Part shown: piece after piece, positions 10,158 through 17,180 of the stretch
How the letters are laid out: every line of letters starts with the position of its first letter
How positions within the stretch are numbered: the first letter of the stretch is position 1
Source of the DNA: an uncultured Actinomycetes bacterium
GTDB taxonomy: Bacteria > Actinomycetota > Actinomycetes > S36-B12 > CAIYMF01
Assembly: GCA_963843975.1 (NCBI GenBank)
Contig: CAWJMG010000003.1
Location: 2,610,001-2,642,000, forward strand
Length of the DNA stretch: 32,000 nt
Reading direction: 5' to 3'
Made by a program: the position numbers and the translations under genes
The notes under the pieces: model-generated
The model's database searches: none
What the model saw: the letters and a program-made list of their open reading frames with translations, nothing else
What the model was told of the DNA's origin: nothing

Positions 10158-10858
10158 CCTACCCTCGTCCTGTGCTTGATCACATGACGTCGACCCTCGC
10201 CATCGGCCCGAGCTGGCTGCAGCCCGAGAACATCCTGGAGCGCTTCGGCACCTGGGCGTTCGTCGCGGTGCTGGTCATCGTGTTCATCGAGTGCGGGCTG
10301 CTGATCTTCTTCCTGCCCGGCGACTCGCTGCTGTTCGTGACCGGCCTGTTCATCGGCGCGGGCACGATCGGCGTCAACATCTGGGTCGCGATCGTGCTGC
10401 TGATCCTCGCCGCCATCGCAGGCAACGTGTCGGGCTACTGGATCGGGCACAAGGCCGGGCCAGCGCTGTTCAAGAATCCCGACGCGCGGTTCCTGACGCC
10501 GGGCAACGTCGACAAGACGCACGCGTTCTTCGAGAAGTACGGCCCGCGCTCGATCATCCTGGCCCGCTTCGTGCCCATCGTGCGCACGTTCATCACGCTG
10601 CTCGCCGGCGTCGGCAAGATGGACTTCCGCCAGTTCCTGACCTACTCGAGCATCGGCGCCGTGATCTGGGCGGGCGGCGTGACGATGCTCGGCTACCTGC
10701 TCGGCGACGTCCCGTGGGTCAAGAACAACATCGAGGTCATCGCGATCCTGATCGTGGTGCTGTCGCTGCTGCCCGCGGGCTACGAGTGGTGGCACGCACG
10801 GCGTACGGCGAAGGCGACCGATGGCACCGCCGCAGCCGACGAGGCCGGCACCGCCTGA
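10154..10858 (+). CDS. DedA family (VTT domain) membrane protein, second paralog
   Basis: FIECGLLIFFLPGDSLLFVTG and YGPRSIILARFVPIVRTFITLLAG are DedA signatures. GTG 10154 overlaps the upstream stop (GTGA). ATG 10184 is an alternative start. Confidence 0.85.
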   Translation: MTYPRPVLDHMTSTLAIGPSWLQPENILERFGTWAFVAVLVIVFIECGLLIFFLPGDSLLFVTGLFIGAGTIGVNIWVAIVLLILAAIAGNVSGYWIGHKAGPALFKNPDARFLTPGNVDKTHAFFEKYGPRSIILARFVPIVRTFITLLAGVGKMDFRQFLTYSSIGAVIWAGGVTMLGYLLGDVPWVKNNIEVIAILIVVLSLLPAGYEWWHARRTAKATDGTAAADEAGTA

Positions 10859-10871
10859 GCCCGAACGGCTC

Positions 10872-11531
10872 TCAGGCTCCGCGACCGACCGACGGGAGCG
10901 GCTCGACCGGTCGCATCTGACGTGCGCGGACGACCTCGTGCACAGCGTCCTGCGACGGGATCGTACGACGGTCGGGGTAGGCCTCCCACGGCACCGACTC
11001 CAGCACCGTGCGCAGCGCCGTGCCGCGCGCGAGCAGGTCGAGCGGGTCCAGGCCCGAGCCGCCGCGCGAGACGAGGGTGTCGCCGACCGTGATGATCGAC
11101 TGCACGGGTGCCGCGACGAGCGACCGGCGGACCGTGTTGTCGACGATCGCGCGCGCGAGCCAGGGCTCGGCGGCGCGCAGCGAGTAGAGCGCGTCGAACT
11201 GCGCGTCGCCCGTGTGCACCTCGCGCATGCCGTCGCCGACCTGCGGGGTGGCGGTCGCTCGCGAGCGCACCTCGAAGCGGGGGAGGATCCCGGGGGCGAC
11301 GAGCTCGACCACGGCGATGTGCTTGCGGTCCTCGTACGCCCGGATGGCGATGCCGTCGACGTCGCCGAGGAGCACGCCCTCGGTGGTCAGGTACCAGCCC
11401 ATGGCCCGTGCGTAGCGGCGCAGGCGGCCGCGGCGGGTGTGCGAGACGACCCACTGTGCGAACGGGCTGCGGGTCAGGGGGCGGGCGCGGCTCAGCCCGG
11501 CGAGCGTCGTCGCCTGAGCCCCGGTCGCCAT
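10872..11531 (-). CDS. Hypothetical protein
   Basis: This is the credible C-terminal 219 aa of ORF 10872..12500, starting at ATG 11531 (MATGAQATTLAGL...). The composition is normal, unlike the upstream Arg/Pro-rich extension that overlaps pyrE. I recognise no family. Confidence 0.55.
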   Translation of the reverse strand: MATGAQATTLAGLSRARPLTRSPFAQWVVSHTRRGRLRRYARAMGWYLTTEGVLLGDVDGIAIRAYEDRKHIAVVELVAPGILPRFEVRSRATATPQVGDGMREVHTGDAQFDALYSLRAAEPWLARAIVDNTVRRSLVAAPVQSIITVGDTLVSRGGSGLDPLDLLARGTALRTVLESVPWEAYPDRRTIPSQDAVHEVVRARQMRPVEPLPSVGRGA

Positions 11532-11719
11532 GCATGCCCCTCGTGCCGTCGGCGTCCGTCCCCTACGGGCGCCCCGGTGAAGAGTCGTCGCGTAGCGGAG
11601 CCTGCGGATGCGCCGAACGGGTGAGCAAGGGTCCGCGTGGGTGACGTCGTCCCCCGTGCGGACGAGCAGCGAGGGGCTCGGCCGAGGCCGAGGTCGTGCG
11701 ATGCGGCCGGCCGCCACTG

Positions 11720-11736
11720 TGCCGGAGGGCCCGGCA
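11720..11736 (-). terminator. Short GC hairpin just after the pyrE stop
   Basis: tgccgg-agggc-ccggca forms a 6-bp stem 8 nt downstream of the stop at 11744. Confidence 0.3.
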
Positions 11737-11743
11737 GCCTCGG

Positions 11744-12286
11744 TCAGCCGAGGCCGAGGTCGGTGAGGGAGTAGGCGGCGAGGTAGGGCAGCCTGGCCTC
11801 CTCCACCTTCGGCGCGGCGCCGCGCTCGACGATGACGGCGACGCCGACCACCTCGGCACCCGCCTCGCGCAGGGCCTCGACGGCCGTGAGCACCGAGCCA
11901 CCCGTGGTCGAGGTGTCCTCGACGGCGAGCACGCGGCGTCCGGCGACGTCCGGGCCCTCGATGCGGCGCTGCAGGCCGTGCGCCTTCTCGCTCTTGCGGA
12001 CGACGAAGGCGTCGAGCGTGCGGCCCTGCGCGGCGGCGGCGTGGAGCATCGCGGTCGCCACCGGGTCGGCGCCGAGCGTGAGGCCGCCGACGGCGTCGTA
12101 CTCGAGGTGGCTGGTGAGGTCGAGCATCACGCGGCCGACGAGCGGCGCGGTGGCGCCGCCGAGGGTCACGCGGCGCAGGTCGACGTAGTAGTCGGCCTCC
12201 TTGCCGCTCGAGAGCACGACGCGGCCGTGGACCACGGCCTTGTCGAGGATGTCCTGGCGCAGCTGGTCGCGATCGTGGCTCGTCAC
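11744..12286 (-). CDS. pyrE: Orotate phosphoribosyltransferase
   Basis: The PRPP-binding loop VLAVEDTSTTGGS is present, and SGKEADYYVDLR is typical of PyrE. Starting at GTG 12286 gives 180 aa. Confidence 0.93.
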   Translation of the reverse strand: MTSHDRDQLRQDILDKAVVHGRVVLSSGKEADYYVDLRRVTLGGATAPLVGRVMLDLTSHLEYDAVGGLTLGADPVATAMLHAAAAQGRTLDAFVVRKSEKAHGLQRRIEGPDVAGRRVLAVEDTSTTGGSVLTAVEALREAGAEVVGVAVIVERGAAPKVEEARLPYLAAYSLTDLGLG

Positions 12287-12312
12287 AGTTCGAGAGGGTA
12301 TCGGCGCCCCCG

Positions 12313-12849
12313 GTGCGGCAGGCTGGGCGGGTGACCACCGCGACCGTCGTCCTCTGCCCGCCGCTGCCGGGCGCCCCCGCCGCCGTCGACGTCGCGGACG
12401 TCGCCGACAGCCTGCTGGACGACCCCCGCCTCGCCGGGGTCCGCGTGCTGTCGCCGTACGTCCCAGAGGCCGCTCCGGAGGACGACGAGCGGACGCGCAC
12501 TGCGCACTGGGTGGCTCACCTGGCGATCGGGCTCGCGACCGGTGGCGCGGTGGCGCCGGTACTGCTGGTGCTCGGAGGGTCGGCCGGCGCGCTGGCGCCG
12601 GCGCTCGGCTTCTCGCAGAAGGCATCCCGCCGGGCGGTCTCGGGCTACGTGCTCGTCGACGCCGCGGTGCCCCCGGCCGAGTCGCGCGGCGGCGACTGGC
12701 CCGACGCCCCGGTGGTCTTCGTCGCCTCGCCCGCGGCCGACCCGCTTGAGGCCGACCAGGCCCGACTGCGCGGCTGGCAGGTGCTCGAGGTCCCCGACGC
12801 CTGGCCCGGCACGGTGGCCGACGCCATCGCCAGCATCACCCGCCCCTAG
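12313..12849 (+). CDS. Hypothetical protein, possible alpha/beta-hydrolase fold
   Basis: VLLVLGGSAGALAP contains a G-x-S-x-G nucleophile-elbow-like motif. The start may be GTG 12313 or GTG 12331. The family is not recognised. Confidence 0.5.
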   Translation: MRQAGRVTTATVVLCPPLPGAPAAVDVADVADSLLDDPRLAGVRVLSPYVPEAAPEDDERTRTAHWVAHLAIGLATGGAVAPVLLVLGGSAGALAPALGFSQKASRRAVSGYVLVDAAVPPAESRGGDWPDAPVVFVASPAADPLEADQARLRGWQVLEVPDAWPGTVADAIASITRP

Positions 12850-12853
12850 GGCT

Positions 12854-12899
12854 GTTTTCGCCCCTTAGGGTCACCAAGCGCCCTTCAGGGGCACTTTCG
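12854..12899. repeat. 46-nt two-hairpin module, left copy
   Basis: Sequence gttttcgccccttagggtcaccaagcgcccttcaggggcactttcg. It starts 4 nt after the stop of 12313..12849 and lies between convergent genes. It matches the reverse complement of 13749..13794 at 41/46 positions (hand count). Confidence 0.85.
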
Positions 12900-12928
12900 C
12901 GTCCACAATTTGGCCGCTCTCCATGCCG

Positions 12929-13702
12929 CTAGCGCTTCAGGCGGTCGGGGCCGCGTACGGCGGAGGCACGGCGTACGACGGGGCGCGGCAGGTAGCGGGC
13001 GAGGGTCGACAGCGCCTTGTACTGCGCGCCGGGCACCGACACCGGCTTGCCGCGGCGGAAGTCCGCGAGCGCTGTGCGGACGACGTCCGGCGCGTCGAGC
13101 CACATCCAGTCGGGGAGGTGGTCGACGTCCATCTCGGCCCGCTGGTGGAACTCGGTGTGGGTGAAGCCGGGACAGAGCGCGGTGACAGTGACGCCGGTGC
13201 CGGCGAGCTGGCGGTCGACCGACTCGGAGAACACGGTGACCCACGACTTCGCCGCGCTGTAGGTGCCGCCGGCGATGAAGCTCGCGACGCTGCTGACGTT
13301 GATGACGCCGCCGGTGCCGCGCGCGACCATGCCGGGCAGCGCGGCGTGGCTGAGGCGCATCACCGCGGTGACGAGGACGTCGAGCATCTTCTGCTCGGCG
13401 TCGAGGTCGCCGCCCACGAAGACCTGGTTGACCCCGAAGCCGGCGTTGTTGACGAGCAGGTCGACGGGCCGGGTGGCGTCGGCGAGCCGGGCCTCGACCT
13501 GCGCGAGCTGGGCACGGTCGGTCAGGTCGGCGACGAGCACCTCGACCGCGACGCGGTACCTCGTCTCGAGCTCGGTCGCGAAGGCGGTGAGGCGGTCACC
13601 GTCGCGCGCGACGAGCACGAGGTCGTCGCCCCGCGCCGCCAGCTGCCGTGCGAACTCTGCGCCGATCCCCGCCGTACCGCCCGTGATGAGTGCCGTGGTC
13701 AT
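12929..13702 (-). CDS. SDR family oxidoreductase
   Basis: It carries the TGGTAGIG cofactor motif, NNAG, and the catalytic YSAAK (YxxxK). Length is 257 aa. Confidence 0.9.
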   Translation of the reverse strand: MTTALITGGTAGIGAEFARQLAARGDDLVLVARDGDRLTAFATELETRYRVAVEVLVADLTDRAQLAQVEARLADATRPVDLLVNNAGFGVNQVFVGGDLDAEQKMLDVLVTAVMRLSHAALPGMVARGTGGVINVSSVASFIAGGTYSAAKSWVTVFSESVDRQLAGTGVTVTALCPGFTHTEFHQRAEMDVDHLPDWMWLDAPDVVRTALADFRRGKPVSVPGAQYKALSTLARYLPRPVVRRASAVRGPDRLKR

Positions 13703-13748
13703 GCCCCATCCTCACCCGCTGTTCGACATGACCGCCGAGTCGTGGTCA

Positions 13749-13794
13749 CGAGAGTGCCCCTCAAGGGCACTTCGTGACCCTAAGGGTCGAAAAC
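13749..13794. repeat. 46-nt two-hairpin module, right copy (inverted)
   Basis: Sequence cgagagtgcccctcaagggcacttcgtgaccctaagggtcgaaaac. It contains gtgccc-ctcaa-gggcac and gaccct-a-agggtc. On the minus strand it begins 5 nt after the stop of SDR 13800..14543. Confidence 0.85.
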
Positions 13795-13799
13795 GAAGG

Positions 13800-14543
13800 T
13801 CAGCGGCCGCCGCTCACTGCCAGGACGGTGCCGGTCGTGTACGACGCGGCGTCGCTGAGCAGCCACACGACTGCTGCGGCCACCTCCTGGACGGTGCCGG
13901 AGCGCTGCATCGGGATGGTCGGGCGCATGCGGTCGGGTCGGCCGGGCTCGCCGGCCGCGGCGTGCAGGTCGGTGTCGACCAGGCCGACAGCCACCGCGTT
14001 CACGCGGATGCCCTCGGTCGCGACCTCGCGCGCCAGGCCCACCGTGAGCGTGTCGACCGCGGCCTTGGACGCCGCGTAGTGCACCCACTCGCCCGGGCTC
14101 CCGAGCACCGCCGCGCGCGACGACACGTTCACGATCGCGCCGCCGCTGCCGCCGTGGGCCGTCGACATCCGGCGCACGGCGGCCCCGCAGGCGAGGAACG
14201 AGCCGGCCACGTTGACCGCGAGCACGTCCTCGAGCTGCTGCGGCGTCACGGTGTCGACGCGGGCGAAGCCGCCGGAGATCCCTGCGTTGTTGACGAGCCC
14301 CATGAGCGGGCCGCCGAAGGCATCGGCGGCCGCGAACAGCCGCTCGACCGACGCGGCATCCCGTACGTCGGCCTGCACCGCGATCGCACGCCGCCCGAGG
14401 GCCTCGACCTGCGCCACCACCGAGGCCGCGGCGTCGGCGTCGTGCACGTAGTCGACGACGACGTCCCACCCGGCTTCGGCCACCGCCACGCACACCGCCG
14501 CGCCGATACCGCGCGAGCCGCCCGTCACCACCACAGTCGCCAT
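13800..14543 (-). CDS. SDR family oxidoreductase (FabG-like)
   Basis: It carries TGGSRGIG, NNAG and the catalytic YAASKAA. The start is ATG 14543 (MATVVVTGG). ATG 14552 is also possible. Confidence 0.9.
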   Translation of the reverse strand: MATVVVTGGSRGIGAAVCVAVAEAGWDVVVDYVHDADAAASVVAQVEALGRRAIAVQADVRDAASVERLFAAADAFGGPLMGLVNNAGISGGFARVDTVTPQQLEDVLAVNVAGSFLACGAAVRRMSTAHGGSGGAIVNVSSRAAVLGSPGEWVHYAASKAAVDTLTVGLAREVATEGIRVNAVAVGLVDTDLHAAAGEPGRPDRMRPTIPMQRSGTVQEVAAAVVWLLSDAASYTTGTVLAVSGGR

Positions 14544-14737
14544 GCGCAGCATCCTGTCGCACCCGTGCCCGCGAGCAGGCCGAGTAATGCAGCGGTACGG
14601 CGGGCCCCGCCCTCCGCACGATGGATCCTGTGGCCGCGCGAAGCCCCGGCGTTCCGTGCGCACCAGGCGGTCGACGGGCACCGGGAGCAGCGCGGCTGCG
14701 ACGACTGCTCGCGGACCAGGGTCGTAGCCTCTGCGAC

Positions 14738-15910
14738 GTGACCCGTCGTGTGCCGCCGCTCGTGCCGCGGATGATCGAGCACGCCTCGAGCATCTTCGGC
14801 GAGATGAGCGCCCTCGCCGTCTCGACCGGATCGGTCAACCTCGGCCAGGGCTTCCCGGACACCGACGGCCCGCAGTCGGTGAAGGACGCCGCGATCCGCG
14901 CGATCGGCGAGGGCCGCGGCAACCAGTACCCGCCCGTGCACGGCGTGCCCGAGCTGCGCCGCGCGATCGCCGACCACCAGCGGCGCTTCTACGGCCTCGA
15001 GGTCGACTGGGACACCGGCGTCTGCGTCACCACCGGAGCGAGCGAGGCGATCGTGGCCGCACTGCTCGCCCTGGTCGACGCGGGCGACGAGGTCATCCTC
15101 TTCTCGCCGTGGTTCGACGTGTACGCCGCCGGCGTCTCCCTCGCCAACGGCGTACGCCGCGAGGTGCCGCTCACGCCGGGCACGTTCCGCCCGGACATCG
15201 ACGCACTGCGTGCTGCCATCACGCCACGCACCCGCCTGCTGCTGCTCAACTCACCGCACAACCCGACGGGCGTCGTCTTCACGCGCGAGGAGCTCACCGC
15301 GATCGCCGAGGTCGTGGCCGAGCATGACCTGCTCGTGATCAGCGACGAGGTATACGAGCACATCGTCTTCAGCGGCCACGAGCACGTGCCCTTCGCGTCG
15401 CTGCCCGGCATGGCCGAGCGCACTGTCACCCTCGGCAGCGCCGGCAAGTCGCTGTCGATGACCGGCTGGAAGGTCGGCTGGGCCACCGGGCCGACCGATC
15501 TCATCCACGCCGTGCGCGTCGTCCGGCAGCACATGAGCTTCGTGAGCGGCGGCCCGTTCCAGTGGGCCGTCGCCGAGGGGCTGACGCTGCCGGACCAGCA
15601 CTGGCTCGCCTTCGCCGCCGACATGCAGGGCAAGCGCGACATCCTCAGCGCCGGCCTCTCCGACCTCGGGCTCGACGTCATCGCGTCGGAGGGCACCTAC
15701 TACGTGACGACCGACATCCGATCCACCGGGTACGCCGACGGCCTCGCCTTCTGCCGCGATCTGCCCTCTCGCGCCGGCGTCGTCGCGATCCCGCAGCAGG
15801 TGTTCCACGACGAGGGCGCCAACGGCGCTCCGTACGTGCGCTGGGCGTTCTGCAAGCGCCCCGCGGTGCTGCACGAGGCCATCGACCGCCTCGGTCGAGC
15901 CCTCACCTGA
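14738..15910 (+). CDS. Pyridoxal-phosphate-dependent aminotransferase (class I/II, AspC/MalY-like)
   Basis: SIFGEMSALA, NLGQGFPD, LNSPHNPTG and the PLP-lysine region SAGKSLSMTGWKVGW are present. The start is placed at GTG 14738 (VTRRVPPLVPRM...). ATG 14771 is an alternative. Confidence 0.9.
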   Translation: MTRRVPPLVPRMIEHASSIFGEMSALAVSTGSVNLGQGFPDTDGPQSVKDAAIRAIGEGRGNQYPPVHGVPELRRAIADHQRRFYGLEVDWDTGVCVTTGASEAIVAALLALVDAGDEVILFSPWFDVYAAGVSLANGVRREVPLTPGTFRPDIDALRAAITPRTRLLLLNSPHNPTGVVFTREELTAIAEVVAEHDLLVISDEVYEHIVFSGHEHVPFASLPGMAERTVTLGSAGKSLSMTGWKVGWATGPTDLIHAVRVVRQHMSFVSGGPFQWAVAEGLTLPDQHWLAFAADMQGKRDILSAGLSDLGLDVIASEGTYYVTTDIRSTGYADGLAFCRDLPSRAGVVAIPQQVFHDEGANGAPYVRWAFCKRPAVLHEAIDRLGRALT

Positions 15911-15918
15911 TCGCCCGA

Positions 15919-15937
15919 CCGGTCCCTTCAGGGCCGG
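15919..15937 (+). terminator. Hairpin after the aminotransferase stop
   Basis: ccggtccc-ttca-gggccgg forms a 7-bp stem with one bulged t, 9 nt after the stop. It shares the CCCTTCAGGG core with the 46-nt module. Confidence 0.4.
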
Positions 15938-15961
15938 GGCCGCGGCGCCGATGACTGCGTC

Positions 15962-17122
15962 ATGGCTACGTCGCTCGCCGGCAAGGAGCTCGTTGCGGCG
16001 TCGTGGGCGCTGCTGCGTCGCGACCCGTCGATCGTCGCGCTGCTCGTGGTGGGCAGCCTCGCGGCGTCCGTCGCGTTCGCGCTCGTCGCGCTGCCGCTCT
16101 ACACCGTCTTCGGTCTCCCCACGGACGGCCGCAGCGACTGGCCGAGCGTGCTCGCCTACGCGCTCGCCCTCTTCGCCTCGACCCTCGTCTCGACGTTCTT
16201 CCTCGGTGCGGTCGTGGCCGCGGCGATGCAGCGTGCAGAGGGCGGCGACCCGACGTTCGGCTCAGCGCTCGCCGCCGCCTGGGAGCGGCGTACGCAGCTG
16301 ATCGCGTGGGCAGCGGTGTCGACCGTGGTCGGCGTCGCTCTGCGCCAGCTCGAGCGCTTCGGCATCGCGGGCCAGATCGTGCGCCTGCTCGCCGGCGTCT
16401 CGTGGGCGATCGCCACCTGGTTCGCGATCCCGGTGATCATGGCCGAGGGCACGATGCCGATGGAGACGATCAAGCGCTCCGGCGAGGTGCTCACGTCGCG
16501 CTTCGGCTCGAACGTGCGCGCGACCATCCGCCTCGGCATCACTTACGTGCTGCTGTGGATCGGCGTGTTCGCCGTCGGCCTGCTCGGCGTCTTCGCTCTT
16601 GTCGACGGCGTGCGCAAGCACGAGGGCCTTACCACCGGCTCGGGCATCGTCATGATCGTCGTCGCGCTCGTCGGCGGCTTCGTCGTCATGGCCTGCTGGC
16701 AGGCCACGTCGGTCTACCTGCGCACCGTCCTCTACCGCTACGCCAACGGCCTCTCGACGCCCGGCGTCGGCCAGTGGGTGCTGCCGCCTCTGCTCGGCGG
16801 GCCTACGCAGGCGTCGACCGCGGACGCACCCACGTGGACGTTCCCCATGGCCGCGCCGACCACGCCCGACCCGCGCTTCGCCCCCCAGCAGTACGCCGCA
16901 CCGCCGTCGTACGCCGTTCCGCAGTCGTACGCCGCACCGCCGCAGCAGCAGTACGCGCCGCCGCAGGGGACGTTCCTCGCGCCACCGCCGTACGTGCCGC
17001 CGGCCGAGCCCACCGGCAGCGACGTGCTGCCCGCCGACGAGCCGACAGCACCTCCCTCGCCGCCGGCACCCGGCCCGTGGCCGGGCACCCAGCGGTTCCT
17101 CCCCGAGGAACCGCGCACCTGA
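15962..17122 (+). CDS. DUF6159-like polytopic membrane protein with a Pro/Tyr/Gln-rich C-terminal tail
   Basis: The N-terminus KELVAASWALLRRDPSIVALLVVGSLAASVAF is followed by about 6 TM segments, resembling DUF6159. The tail has YAAPPSYAVPQSYAAPPQQQYAPP repeats. Confidence 0.7.
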   Translation: MATSLAGKELVAASWALLRRDPSIVALLVVGSLAASVAFALVALPLYTVFGLPTDGRSDWPSVLAYALALFASTLVSTFFLGAVVAAAMQRAEGGDPTFGSALAAAWERRTQLIAWAAVSTVVGVALRQLERFGIAGQIVRLLAGVSWAIATWFAIPVIMAEGTMPMETIKRSGEVLTSRFGSNVRATIRLGITYVLLWIGVFAVGLLGVFALVDGVRKHEGLTTGSGIVMIVVALVGGFVVMACWQATSVYLRTVLYRYANGLSTPGVGQWVLPPLLGGPTQASTADAPTWTFPMAAPTTPDPRFAPQQYAAPPSYAVPQSYAAPPQQQYAPPQGTFLAPPPYVPPAEPTGSDVLPADEPTAPPSPPAPGPWPGTQRFLPEEPRT

Positions 17123-17131
17123 TCGCACGAC

Positions 17132-17168
17132 GAAGCCGCCCGCCCCGATCTCCGGGACGGGCGGCTTC
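17132..17168. terminator. Bidirectional terminator hairpin between convergent genes
   Basis: gaagccgcccg (17132-17142) pairs perfectly with cgggcggcttc (17158-17168), giving an 11-bp stem. It lies between the DUF6159-like gene and clpB stops. Confidence 0.7.
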
Positions 17169-17180
17169 GACGTGCGGGCG

